Origin: Promethearchaeota archaeon
GTDB lineage: Archaea; Asgardarchaeota; Thorarchaeia; Thorarchaeales; Thorarchaeaceae
Assembly (NCBI GenBank): GCA_048937485.1
Contig: JBHLND010000002.1
Span: forward strand, 7,068 to 49,997
Direction: 5' to 3'
DNA length: 42,930 nt
Of this stretch, positions 30,546 through 40,268 are shown in pieces (the first letter of the stretch is position 1; each line of letters begins with the position of its first letter). The notes below the pieces were generated by a model, which saw nothing but the letters and a program-made list of their open reading frames with translations, made no database searches and was not told where the DNA came from. The position numbers were made by a program, and so were the translations under genes.

Positions 30546-32204
30546 TTGACTCGTCACTGGCTGGCAATAGCTAGGGCGGAGTTCCTTGTCTGGAGTTCAA
30601 GAGCTAGGGGCAAAAGAGCTTTAGTTTTCTCAATCACATTGGTCCTTGGATTTCTTTGGGCCTTTTACCTTATCCCAGAAGTATGGAGGCTTGTTATTGG
30701 TGAGAATCAGCTGCTGTATATCTTGCTAATGGCAGGGCTTCCAGGGCTTATGCGAGTGGCAATGCTGCTTTTGTGGATGCTCATCTTTGTGTATCCAATT
30801 CTCTACGCTCTTCAGGAAATCCACATAGGCCAATGGGAGATAATCTTAAGCTGCGATGTATCGACTAGATCCCTACTAATAGGCACTTTTGTTGGCAAAA
30901 TTCCCAGTTACGGACTCATGGTATTGTTCCTAGCACCTGTTCTCCTATCTCCTTTTATCTTGGCCTATGAAGTGGCTCTGCTTGGCCAACTGATAATGCT
31001 TGGAGCAACGCTTCTGGTTGTATTGTCAACTCTATGGCTTTCAAACCTCGTTTCAATGGCCGTTCAGGCAAAGATTGGTGAGTCGCCAAGAGGGGCCGAT
31101 CTTGCAAGGGCGTTGTCAATGGTCATTGGACTGGTAGTAGGTCTGCCACTCTATGGAATGATGTTTTTCGCAGGACCTCTTTCAGAGGCATTGGGTATGA
31201 GTGTGTTTCTACTTTTTCCATTCACTTGGGGCGCCGACTTGACATCATGGGGCGCCATTATATTTAGTCCCAAAGTAACTTCTGAGATGCTGGACCTTTT
31301 CCTTCCAATCCTTGGTTTTGACATCCTAGCTGATGCTTCGCTACTGGTTCTGTTTACGGTGATCACCGTGGTTCTTGCTTTCAAAGCAGCAGACAGAGTG
31401 TTTACCTTTCAACTTGGAGAACGGACAGAAGTCGTCACTACGGTTGTAAGGGAGAACTTCGTTCTTAGGGGAATTCGAAGAATATGCCCCGGAACTCTTG
31501 GTGTCCTTGTTGTCACAAGTCTCAAGGACTTTTTCAGAAAGGCGGAGAATTTGTCGAGGCTTGCATACGGTGTAATGATGGCAGTGCTCATGCCACTCAT
31601 CATGAACATGACCTCCTCAAGCTACCCCGGTGATGATCCATTCTTCCAAGTATTCATGCCAATGTTCATGATGTCCTATATGCTCATGATTATAGTGGCC
31701 CTAACCTTCGGCGGAACTGGTTTCATTGAGAGCAAAGACCATCTCTGGGTCATAAAAAGCGCTCCTTTTGGCGGAAAGAAGTTCATAACAGGACGACTTG
31801 TCAGTTACTTCATTTCAGGACTGCCAATGGCGATAATACCCTCAATTGCAGTTGCTTTAATCACTGGAATTGAACTGGTTTTCATCTTGGGAATGTTCCT
31901 CTACAGTTATACACTGCTCTGTTGTACCGTGATGGTTTCTGTTGGCATTATGGCAATCAATCCCAACTACGAGAACACACGCTCTCGTGCCTTTGCTATG
32001 AACGCAGCCATTATCGGAATCATCGTCTTTGGTACATCATTTCTGTCAATAATTGTTGGAATCCTCTACCTGGGGGACCAGCTATTGCTAGGTCCACTTG
32101 GCTTAGTGGGCAGCATTGTAATACTGACAGTCCTGCCTCTTTTGTTTATAGGACTCTTGATGAGCTGGGTGGGCATCAAATTCCTGGCGCGACCTGAGAA
32201 GTGA
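30546..32204 (+). CDS. large polytopic membrane protein (about 12-14 TM helices), unknown function
   Basis: 552 aa with hydrophobic helices throughout. No Walker, P-loop or other catalytic motif. TTG start. The layout is loosely reminiscent of ABC-2-type permeases, but no ATPase gene is adjacent. Confidence 0.6.
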   Translation: MTRHWLAIARAEFLVWSSRARGKRALVFSITLVLGFLWAFYLIPEVWRLVIGENQLLYILLMAGLPGLMRVAMLLLWMLIFVYPILYALQEIHIGQWEIILSCDVSTRSLLIGTFVGKIPSYGLMVLFLAPVLLSPFILAYEVALLGQLIMLGATLLVVLSTLWLSNLVSMAVQAKIGESPRGADLARALSMVIGLVVGLPLYGMMFFAGPLSEALGMSVFLLFPFTWGADLTSWGAIIFSPKVTSEMLDLFLPILGFDILADASLLVLFTVITVVLAFKAADRVFTFQLGERTEVVTTVVRENFVLRGIRRICPGTLGVLVVTSLKDFFRKAENLSRLAYGVMMAVLMPLIMNMTSSSYPGDDPFFQVFMPMFMMSYMLMIIVALTFGGTGFIESKDHLWVIKSAPFGGKKFITGRLVSYFISGLPMAIIPSIAVALITGIELVFILGMFLYSYTLLCCTVMVSVGIMAINPNYENTRSRAFAMNAAIIGIIVFGTSFLSIIVGILYLGDQLLLGPLGLVGSIVILTVLPLLFIGLLMSWVGIKFLARPEK

Positions 32205-32324
32205 TTTTTCCAGTTCACAACATATGGAAGAGTCAGGTTATACACTGAATCTGCTTAATGACTGTAATAGCAGTGCCGGGCGTAGCCGAGCAAAAGGAAA
32301 AAACTCAACTAGCATCTGCACCTA

Positions 32325-32690
32325 GTGTTATTGGGTACCAAGGTGCTAGAGAGAATAAGGGCTAGGTTCCAAGATTTCATTTATTATATTCGGACTAGAG
32401 ATAAACAGTACTGGAACTATAGAATTGCAGGACCAACACGCATTGCGTTTCTAGGGAATCTGATACTAATCCTCATACTTGCTTACGTCGACGTTATTCC
32501 TTTAGAAATGCAGCCCACTTTCCTTCTTGCTTGGATTATAGTTCAGGTGATTCTTGCAGCAATATCCATCGCCGCACAATCAATGACTTTCAACCGAACT
32601 GGTAGGATGGCCATTGGAATTTTGGTCACTGTTATTCTCCTCACAGCAATCGGATATCTTATAGTCCGCTGGTATATCTCAATCATCTAA
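32325..32690 (+). CDS. small membrane protein (3-4 TM), unknown function
   Basis: 121 aa with helices IAFLGNLILILILAYVDVI, FLLAWIIVQVILAAISIAA and AIGILVTVILLTAIGYLIV. Confidence 0.45.
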   Translation: MLLGTKVLERIRARFQDFIYYIRTRDKQYWNYRIAGPTRIAFLGNLILILILAYVDVIPLEMQPTFLLAWIIVQVILAAISIAAQSMTFNRTGRMAIGILVTVILLTAIGYLIVRWYISII

Positions 32691-32759
32691 TTCAATAGCC
32701 ATTCCCATTTGGATGTGCCTGCAATAATGTCTTCCTCATAAGCCTGAGAGATGATTCCT

Positions 32760-33413
32760 CTAGTTTACAATGCACAGAAGAGTAAGGTTGTATATCGAAT
32801 CAGCTCCATGGCGGTAGTAGTAGGAAACCACTTTTGGCAGTCCTGTTTCATAGGACACAGAACTCGACATTCGAGTGACGCTATCAATGCCAAAGGCATA
32901 GTACCCAAAATGAAAAGAATCTGTATCACTATATGACCAGTATGTGTCAGTACCTGGCCCTGTGCCGTGCGTAGCTGGATAGAAGCTGTCAATCAATAGC
33001 CAGGATCCCGTTGGGAGAATGCAAGCTGAGAGCATGGATTTCAGTCTGACCGAAATATCCTCCGGAATGGCTGTGCCATTCTGAAACGTAACATTCATCT
33101 TCTCTTTCCGAACGACCCTCTCTGCAAAGTCGCCGCCATTCAGGAACCATCCCAATTCCGGAAGCGCAATTATATCTGCACTAATATTGAGTCCGTTCAA
33201 TAGTGCATACCTCGAAGGCGGCGGCACTACATATGACACATTACTCTGCCACGCATCGACAGTAACATGATATGATGCTTCGTCGCCCAAGCTGACACTC
33301 CAAGTAAGGGTTGAAGACATTGCCGCAGGGACTACTACCGTGATAGACACAATGACAATGGTTGCTAATATGATGGCTATAATTGCGCCCGTCTTCCTAC
33401 TTCGTTCTAGCAC
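32760..33413 (-). CDS. N-terminally anchored extracytoplasmic protein, distant paralogue of ORF 14702-15424
   Basis: TM GAIIAIILATIVIVSITVVV followed by a beta-rich domain. It shares ordered motifs with 14702-15424 (LTWSVSLGDEASYHVT / LRWAVQIGNRHEFSFT; VTFQNGTAI / LHYENGTPL; ILPTGSWLLI / IAPVGNWQLL). Confidence 0.55.
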   Translation of the reverse strand: MLERSRKTGAIIAIILATIVIVSITVVVPAAMSSTLTWSVSLGDEASYHVTVDAWQSNVSYVVPPPSRYALLNGLNISADIIALPELGWFLNGGDFAERVVRKEKMNVTFQNGTAIPEDISVRLKSMLSACILPTGSWLLIDSFYPATHGTGPGTDTYWSYSDTDSFHFGYYAFGIDSVTRMSSSVSYETGLPKVVSYYYRHGADSIYNLTLLCIVN

Positions 33414-33461
33414 CCCACAATACTCCTCTTAGTTATCGCTGATGATCTGGCTTCAAGGCAA

Positions 33462-33680
33462 CTACTCATCATACTTCATAGCTAAGGCCAACCCTATCAG
33501 CATAATCAGGATACCAATGTACAAATGATGCAAATGGAACCCAAAGATGATGTAGGGGTCAAAGTCAGGCAAAAAGTGAAGAAAATCTGTACCTGCCACA
33601 AAGTCATGAAGGTCATCTACGAATAGCACCAAGCCCATGAGGAACACCAAGACTCCTGCTGCGACTCCTTTCTTTCCCAT
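33462..33680 (-). CDS. small two-helix membrane protein, unknown function
   Basis: 72 aa: GVAAGVLVFLMGLVLFV ... HLYIGILIMLIGLALAM. Confidence 0.4.
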   Translation of the reverse strand: MGKKGVAAGVLVFLMGLVLFVDDLHDFVAGTDFLHFLPDFDPYIIFGFHLHHLYIGILIMLIGLALAMKYDE

Positions 33681-33848
33681 GATTCATTACTCCTTTTGCG
33701 TATCTTGCTAAATCCCTGCAACAAGTATGGTATTGAATAGTTATCAATGAATCCACATCTCGCACAAGCCATAATCCTTTTATTGAAACCCTCGGGCGAA
33801 ACGTGAGTTTAGCCACTCAAGACCATAAATCTCAACTAGGTGATAGAA

Positions 33849-34388
33849 ATGGGAAAGAGACCAGGTCACTGTTACAGAGAGCAGGATCGCCAGCCATTCG
33901 TGCGTAGGCGCTATATCCACAGACAGCCAGCTAGCCGTATAGTTAGCTTTGATATGGGCGAAGCAAGTGGGAAATTCGATGTCGAGCTCTCCCTCTATGG
34001 TCTTGAGAAGTGTCAGATTCGTCACCAGGCTCTTGAGGCTGCTCGAGTCGCGTCCAACAGGCACATGACAAAGAAGGTTGGCAGAAGAAACTACCACCTG
34101 CGAATTAGAGTCAAGCCGTACCATTACCTTCGAGAGAACAAGATGATCTCCGGAGCTGGTGCAGACCGTGTACAGGATGGGATGCGAAAAGCCTTTGGCA
34201 AGGTCATAGGTGTCGCAGCACGAGTAGGAACAGACCAGCCACTCATCACAATCCGAACCAACCCGGCATTTATCAAGGAAGCAATGGTTGCTCTAAAGAA
34301 GGCTGCTCCCAAAATGCCTACCCCGTGCAAGATTCGTTTCGACAAGATTGATCCTGAGCTTAAGAAGAAACTCGGGTACGGCTCATAG
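33849..34388 (+). CDS. rpl10e: 50S ribosomal protein L10e (uL16)
   Basis: MGKRPGHCYRE... N-terminus and RIRVKPYHYLRENKM...GAGADRVQDGMRKAFGK. AGGTGAT Shine-Dalgarno lies 5 nt upstream of ATG 33849; the track begins at 33840. Confidence 0.92.
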   Translation: MGKRPGHCYREQDRQPFVRRRYIHRQPASRIVSFDMGEASGKFDVELSLYGLEKCQIRHQALEAARVASNRHMTKKVGRRNYHLRIRVKPYHYLRENKMISGAGADRVQDGMRKAFGKVIGVAARVGTDQPLITIRTNPAFIKEAMVALKKAAPKMPTPCKIRFDKIDPELKKKLGYGS

Positions 34389-34450
34389 AAGCCTTTGCTA
34401 TTGAGTCACTCGGATGATTTTTACATTGGGGTGCATTACACTGAAGTAGA

Positions 34451-35425
34451 ATGTATGAGGAGAACAACCCCCCTGACATTGACTTCTCTGATGTTTGCAT
34501 GATTATCCAAAAACACATTCCCGGCGCCAAAAAGAGTGAGATTCAGTTTCTCTACCATGGAACGCACAATGTTTACGATGTGCAGAATCGTTACATCTTC
34601 CGATTCCCGAGCACAATTTTCCCTTCAGAAGAGCGCAGCGCACTGATACAAAGAGAAGCACGCCTGCTTAGAACGCTGCAACCGCATATTTCCCTACAAA
34701 TTCCTAACCCAGAATTTGTTGACGATAATCATGAGCACCCGCACATGGGGTATCGTAAGCTTCCAGGAACCTCAGTATATCGATTCTATGACAATGCATC
34801 TGATGAAAAGAGGAGCAGACTTGGCGAAACCTTGGGACGTTTCCTTGGTGAGCTTCACGAACTGGATTTGAGCGAATTGTGGAGGGGCAATCACGAACCA
34901 TCATTTGATCCACGGGCTGACCGTGAAGATTCCCGACGCTTCTTCACTAGAATCCAGAAGGAGGTCTATCCTAATCTATCCGACTCGCAGAAGGAGTGGA
35001 CAGAGAAGCTGTTTCATGATTTCCTTGATTGTGATGAGAATTTCGACTATGATCCCGGTCTCGTTCACGGTGACTTTGACACCACGAACATCCTAGCCAA
35101 TCCTCAAACAATGGAAGTAACTGGCATAATCGATTTCGAAGAAACACGCATGTATGACCCTGCTGCAGATTTCCTATTTCAAGGGGAGGGAGCAGAATGT
35201 ATGAAAGCGATGCTGAAGTCATACCCAGGAAGGATTGATTCGCATCTCCCTCATAGAATGACTTTCCGGTTAGGAAGACAACCTATCATCTATATCCTCT
35301 CAGGTATTGACCTCGGACTAGATGGAATGATCTCCTACGGATATCATGCTCTTAATGAAATGATGGGTACTTGGGATCAACTATCTTCAGTATTGAATGA
35401 GAGCTTTGCTGCTTTGAAGTTATGA
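34451..35425 (+). CDS. aminoglycoside-phosphotransferase-fold (APH/choline-kinase-like) kinase
   Basis: Brenner motif LVHGDFDTTNIL and the metal-binding IIDFEE. The N-lobe is FLYHGTHNVYDV...FRFP. Confidence 0.75.
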   Translation: MYEENNPPDIDFSDVCMIIQKHIPGAKKSEIQFLYHGTHNVYDVQNRYIFRFPSTIFPSEERSALIQREARLLRTLQPHISLQIPNPEFVDDNHEHPHMGYRKLPGTSVYRFYDNASDEKRSRLGETLGRFLGELHELDLSELWRGNHEPSFDPRADREDSRRFFTRIQKEVYPNLSDSQKEWTEKLFHDFLDCDENFDYDPGLVHGDFDTTNILANPQTMEVTGIIDFEETRMYDPAADFLFQGEGAECMKAMLKSYPGRIDSHLPHRMTFRLGRQPIIYILSGIDLGLDGMISYGYHALNEMMGTWDQLSSVLNESFAALKL

Positions 35426-36124
35426 GTTCTTTCGAAATACAAGCACGTATCGTAGGAAATGTCCAACCTGCTTTTCGTAAGCAAGACCTGCGTTCTCTGC
35501 CCATTTCTTGACAGTTCTTCGCATGGGAAAATCAGGGTCAAGGAAGAGCTCCGCCTCTGCAAAAATGCCACCATCTTTCAGCAAACGCTTAGCTTGTATG
35601 ATTGCCTTAACAGGATTTGGAATCTCCGGGATGACAGCTACGGAAATCACAGCATCCGCAATTCCATCCTCAAGGGGGACATCTCCCTCTGCATCAGCAA
35701 GGATTGGAGTAATGTTCCTTACACCTTCACGCACCATTCTGTCATTTAGCTTCTCCAACATTTCCTCCTGTATGTCAACAGCATAGACCACTCCGTCCGG
35801 CTGGATTGCTTTCGCGACGGCAACTGTGTAGAATCCGGAACCACACCCGATGTCTACGACAGTCATTCCAGGTTTGGCATTTATGGCTTCTACCAGCATT
35901 GATGGAGGTTGGACCCGGTTCCGATAGGGTCCGGCGGCAATTGCATTGCCCATAGCTGCAGGCATTGGGAATTTCCAGAAGTAGCGTACTGACCTAACAC
36001 AGCAGCAAACCCAGAGAAGGATGAAGAGGAACACTAGTAGAATAATCTCTAGTAGCCAGTGCACTCCGTGGAAGAGGAAGTCCTGCGGAAATATCGAGTA
36101 GATAATTGGTTCAATGCTATGCAC
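35420..36124 (-). CDS. class I SAM-dependent methyltransferase with an N-terminal membrane anchor
   Basis: TM WLLEIILLVFLFILLWVCCCV, then VVDIGCGSGFYTVAVAKAIQPDGVVYAVDI. Paralogue of ORF 313-858. It overlaps the convergent kinase gene by 6 nt. Confidence 0.78.
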   Translation of the reverse strand: MHSIEPIIYSIFPQDFLFHGVHWLLEIILLVFLFILLWVCCCVRSVRYFWKFPMPAAMGNAIAAGPYRNRVQPPSMLVEAINAKPGMTVVDIGCGSGFYTVAVAKAIQPDGVVYAVDIQEEMLEKLNDRMVREGVRNITPILADAEGDVPLEDGIADAVISVAVIPEIPNPVKAIIQAKRLLKDGGIFAEAELFLDPDFPMRRTVKKWAENAGLAYEKQVGHFLRYVLVFRKNS

Positions 36125-36160
36125 AATACCAACCTTATGGATTGCATGGTCAATCTCACG

Positions 36161-36967
36161 TTAGTTCTTTTCGGATTTCCCCGGATTTTCGCGGCGCACA
36201 GCTATTTCCTTGATTTTTCTTACCACGCCGGTCAATGTGGCGACTTCTCGCCCAGTCATGTATGCCCTACCTAGGAGATTGCGAAAGACTCTCTTGGCAA
36301 TAGGCCTTCTGTAATCTTTGATCTCAAGCTCATCAATGACTTGGTCAAAGAAGCGATATACTATTTCTCTTTCCTCCCGTGTGGCGGGTCTAGCTTCAGT
36401 TGGACTAGAAGAACGCGTAAGAACATACTTGGAATGCAGCTCATAGAGTACTACTGCAATTGCATGACTGAGATTCAGGCTGGGATAGTTAGGCGAAACA
36501 GGTATTGTGAAGGCCAAGTCACAGAGAGCAATCTCTTCGTTTGTTAGACCAATGTCCTCACGGCCAAATACAAGAGCAACTTTTCCAGTCATTGCCAAGG
36601 GATTTGGCAGTTCCTTTAGAGGCACCAAGGCGCGAGTCACGCTATGGTTCCGTCCTGCTCTTGCAGTTGCCGCCCAAGAGGCATGCATATCTTCTACCGC
36701 TGACTCCAAATTCGGGAAGATTTCGGCTGCCTCAAGGAGGCGAATTGCATGAACTGAGAATATTCTTGCATCATTATCATTTCTTAGGTCCTGGCCTACG
36801 ATTCGGAGTTCTCGGACACCAAAATTGGACAGCACTCTGGCGGCAAATCCAACATTCCCTGGTGACTTGGGTTCTACCATTATCACCACAAGATTTTCGA
36901 GCTCAGTCACTGAGTGTCCCTCAGAAAACATCCCATTAGCGATGTGCAAGCTGGAGAATGTCCCCAT
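36161..36967 (-). CDS. trmJ: SpoU/TrmH-family RNA 2'-O-methyltransferase (archaeal TrmJ-like)
   Basis: LVVIMVEPKSPGNVGFAARVLSNFGVRELRIV, FGREDIGLTNEE and IPVSPNYPSLNLSHAIAVVLYEL. The alternative start ATG at 36931 would remove the 32-nt overlap with the DRG gene. Confidence 0.8.
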   Translation of the reverse strand: MGTFSSLHIANGMFSEGHSVTELENLVVIMVEPKSPGNVGFAARVLSNFGVRELRIVGQDLRNDNDARIFSVHAIRLLEAAEIFPNLESAVEDMHASWAATARAGRNHSVTRALVPLKELPNPLAMTGKVALVFGREDIGLTNEEIALCDLAFTIPVSPNYPSLNLSHAIAVVLYELHSKYVLTRSSSPTEARPATREEREIVYRFFDQVIDELEIKDYRRPIAKRVFRNLLGRAYMTGREVATLTGVVRKIKEIAVRRENPGKSEKN

Positions 36968-38126
36968 CCTGAAGAGGATAGGACAGTCCTACTTGTCTTC
37001 TCTTGATTTTATCATTTGCCCGAATAATAGTTGCACTGCGAAATCTCTTGACGAATAGATCCTTGTGGACTTTGCTCGCAGCATCCTCAACAACCGAACC
37101 TTCTGGAAGGACAATTGGCCTGTCTTCGCGTTTCTTGCCAGGAATTTTCGTGTACACCCTAAGAATATCCAGATGGTCGTAAAATGCCCAGCTCATCCCA
37201 TCTAGGTTTTCTCTTTGAACGACGGAGGTTGGAATGATATCAAACCGTGTTCCATATTTGTTATGCAGTTCTTGGAATCGCCCCTCGGACCCTGCCACAT
37301 CCCCTTTTGTTGCAACTATCATTGCGCGAACATAGGCAACACTTGCATCCATGGCGTCCACAAACTGCTCGAAAGTTGCTTCCTTCTGAAATCTGACAAT
37401 GATATTGGTGATTTTTCGAGCGAGAAGATACTCTTTGACCTCGTCAATGTTTCCTTGGTAGTTCTGCGCACCGTATATCATATGGCCTCCGAGACCTACT
37501 CTCTCAATCCTGACTGCGCTCTTCTCTTTGTTTAAGCGGATTCTTGCCTTGTCCAGCTCTCCAAGAATAGTGTTCATTTGAGCATCAATATCCTGCGAGA
37601 GGTCAACCACAAGCGCGATACAATCGGTATTTCTAGCCACTGAGAGCGCCTGTCTACCTATTCCTGTTTCGTGACTTCCTTTAAAGATTCCAGGCAGCTC
37701 AACGAGCTGGATATTGATGTCCTGAAGAACAAGCATTGCCGGAGCTGGGATTGGTGTTGTAAAGGGATAGTCTCCAACATCGAGTTCCGCATTCGTGACA
37801 GCGTTGATTAAGGATGATTTCCCGCTGTTAGTCACCCCAATAAGGCACACTTGTCCGGCGCCTTCTTTTCTTACGACCCCCTCTTCTGAGGCACCACCAC
37901 TTTTTCGAACTCGATCCTGCTCTTTCTGTTTCTCCAGTTTTGCCTTCAGCTGAGCGAGCTTCTTTCTGTAGTCGCCTCGCATTCTTTCAGCACCCTTGTG
38001 ATTGGGGGCAAGTGATAATAGCTTCTCCAACTCTACTATCCGCTGTGCAAGGTCTTCAGTATCCTCATAGACCTGCCTTTGCTTATCGAATTCAGGGGTA
38101 ACATTGGTTGGCACAGCGAGCCACAT
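36936..38126 (-). CDS. developmentally regulated GTP-binding protein (DRG/Rbg; OBG-HflX class) with C-terminal TGS domain
   Basis: N-terminal helical region (KGAERMRGDYRKKLAQLKAKLEKQKE), G1 GVTNSGKSS, G2 YPFTT, G3 VELPG, G4-like ATKGD, and a C-terminal TGS-like VLPEGSVVEDAASKVHKDL...LQDGDILQL. Confidence 0.85.
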   Translation of the reverse strand: MWLAVPTNVTPEFDKQRQVYEDTEDLAQRIVELEKLLSLAPNHKGAERMRGDYRKKLAQLKAKLEKQKEQDRVRKSGGASEEGVVRKEGAGQVCLIGVTNSGKSSLINAVTNAELDVGDYPFTTPIPAPAMLVLQDINIQLVELPGIFKGSHETGIGRQALSVARNTDCIALVVDLSQDIDAQMNTILGELDKARIRLNKEKSAVRIERVGLGGHMIYGAQNYQGNIDEVKEYLLARKITNIIVRFQKEATFEQFVDAMDASVAYVRAMIVATKGDVAGSEGRFQELHNKYGTRFDIIPTSVVQRENLDGMSWAFYDHLDILRVYTKIPGKKREDRPIVLPEGSVVEDAASKVHKDLFVKRFRSATIIRANDKIKRRQVGLSYPLQDGDILQLAHR

Positions 38127-38164
38127 CCTGTCTATGTGTTTCGAGGTTTATTCGAATGCTGTCA

Positions 38165-38752
38165 TTATGAAGATTTCTCAACGCACTCTTTTGCTCTATC
38201 ATGGAGCAGATTCATCTCTAGAATGAACTGCTCGGGATGAGCAGGTCGAAATAACGGAGCAATGGGAATATTCAATGGCCCATCCAAAAGATCCCCTTCG
38301 GTTCCTTCAAAGATATATACTCCTGAATCAGAACTCTGCGTTTCTTCAGTATAGAGAGTACCTTTCTTTGCAGTGTGAACCTCTGTGACTTCCCACTGTT
38401 TTAAAAATTCGTCAAGGCTGGCTCTATTTACTGTGATTCCATTTGGCAGTTGCCTCATTTCTCCCATGGCAAGTTTTTCCAACTCGTTTTTCGCCTTGAG
38501 AAGAAAGAAAGTGATTGAGCGTTCATCTGGCGAAACGCGTCTCAATCTTGAGCCGGGGAAGACAATTGCTTTCAAATCCTGGGTTGCGCCTGTTAGTATG
38601 ATGACCTCAACATCTCGCCGCATATCTCCCGAAAGAAAGAGTCCCACATTGACACATCTATATGCAGTTACTACTTGAGAAACATTTTGACCCGCCTTAA
38701 CATCCTTGGCAATAATTGGTAACTCTCTGAAGTGGACTACAAACCGTCGCAT
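38165..38752 (-). CDS. trmY: SPOUT-fold tRNA (pseudouridine54-N1)-methyltransferase TrmY-like protein
   Basis: RCVNVGLFLSGDMRRDVEVIILTG...IVFPGSRLRRVSPDERSITFFLLKA matches the pattern I recall for the archaeal TrmY (DUF358) family. Confidence 0.65.
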   Translation of the reverse strand: MRRFVVHFRELPIIAKDVKAGQNVSQVVTAYRCVNVGLFLSGDMRRDVEVIILTGATQDLKAIVFPGSRLRRVSPDERSITFFLLKAKNELEKLAMGEMRQLPNGITVNRASLDEFLKQWEVTEVHTAKKGTLYTEETQSSDSGVYIFEGTEGDLLDGPLNIPIAPLFRPAHPEQFILEMNLLHDRAKECVEKSS

Positions 38753-38781
38753 TCGAGCTCAGATGCTCCTTTCCAAGTGAG

Positions 38782-40125
38782 TCACATTCCTGGTAATCCC
38801 GGAATGCCTGGTATTCCGCCTCTTCTGCCACGGCGCTGTTTTCCGAATTGCTTCATCATTTTCTGCATCTGCTGGTGCTGTTTCAGCAATTCGCGAACAT
38901 CTTTTGCACTAGTTCCTGAACCGTGGGCAATTCGTGCAATTCTGGAGGATTTGATTATCCTAGGATTGTCGAGTTCGTCTTTCGTCATCGAGTTCATAAT
39001 GACTTCCCATCGCTTCATGTTATCCTCCTGAATCTCAGCGATGTCATCTGGTAGTTTATACTTCAAACCAAGCATTTCCATTACTTTGCCTATCGGTCCC
39101 ATCTTTTTGAGCTGCTTGAGCTGCGCCATCATATCATTTAGTGAGAACTGTCCCTTCATGAAGCGCATGGTGGCATCTTCGTCAACCTCTATCTGAGCTT
39201 CTCGCACCTTGTCAATCAAACCACGGATGTCTGACATCCCGAGAAGCCTACCGGCGAATTTTGTTGGATTGAATGGCTCTATTGCATCCATTCCTTCGCC
39301 TGTGCCTATGAACTTAATCGGCGCTCCAGTTGCAGCAACCGCTGAAAGTGCTCCACCACCCTTAGCACTTCCATCCAGCTTTGTCACAATGATTGATCCA
39401 ATATCAGTAGCGTCCTTAAACGCTCCTGCCTGAACACCTGCCTGCTGACCAAGTGTTCCATCAACGACAAGTACAATCTCCTTTGGTTTTACACCCTTAG
39501 AGATATCACGCATTTCCTTAATTAACCCAGTTTCTTCGCGGTGTCTGCCTGAAGTGTCAAGAAGAATCAGTTCGATGCCTCTCTTTTTCATCTCCTCATA
39601 GCCCATCTTGGCCAGTTTGACTGCATCCTTCTGTTCCTCATCTCCGTAGAAGGGCACATTTGATTTTTCAGCCAATTGCTTTAGCTGACTGTATGCACCT
39701 GGTCTGAAGTTGTCAGCACAGATGACTCCTGTCTTTATCCCCCTCTTCTGGTAGTATCTTGCCAGTTTCCCTATGGTGGTGGTCTTTCCAGATCCTTGAA
39801 TTCCTACCATCATCACAAGATTCGGTTTTCCTGGATCAATACTGAAAGGAACTGGCTTCTCGCCCAAAAAATAGGCAAGAGTATCCCACACTGTCTTGAC
39901 AATATGCTCACGGCGAGAAATTCCCCTGGGCAGGGACTCATCTAGGGCCTGTTCCTCAACTCGTTTTGTTATGGCCATGACCAAATTCACATCAACATCA
40001 GCCATAAGCAGAGCACGTTGGATGTCTTTGACAAGCTCCTTTACGAGTTCCTCGTCTATGACAGTGGCTCCAAACAATCGTTTCAGAGCCGAGTTGAGTG
40101 ATTTTCCAAGACCTTCTAAAACCAA
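38782..40125 (-). CDS. srp54: signal recognition particle protein SRP54
   Basis: MVLEGLGKSLNSALKRL N-domain, G-domain GIQGSGKTTT, DTSGR and TKLDG, and a Met-rich M-domain with a C-terminal basic tail. The TTG start is forced (see findings). Confidence 0.95.
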   Translation of the reverse strand: MVLEGLGKSLNSALKRLFGATVIDEELVKELVKDIQRALLMADVDVNLVMAITKRVEEQALDESLPRGISRREHIVKTVWDTLAYFLGEKPVPFSIDPGKPNLVMMVGIQGSGKTTTIGKLARYYQKRGIKTGVICADNFRPGAYSQLKQLAEKSNVPFYGDEEQKDAVKLAKMGYEEMKKRGIELILLDTSGRHREETGLIKEMRDISKGVKPKEIVLVVDGTLGQQAGVQAGAFKDATDIGSIIVTKLDGSAKGGGALSAVAATGAPIKFIGTGEGMDAIEPFNPTKFAGRLLGMSDIRGLIDKVREAQIEVDEDATMRFMKGQFSLNDMMAQLKQLKKMGPIGKVMEMLGLKYKLPDDIAEIQEDNMKRWEVIMNSMTKDELDNPRIIKSSRIARIAHGSGTSAKDVRELLKQHQQMQKMMKQFGKQRRGRRGGIPGIPGLPGM

Positions 40126-40268
40126 TTCAGCTCACCATGGTAACTTAGGTGTCGTCTGGAGATTCTGCATATCAACCTTCGCCTCTGTGGCTTTTAAGCC
40201 GTGCAACAAATAGTGTCTAAACAGCAGCACAAGGAATAAAACTGAGAGAAGCGGTCACTCACTCCCAG

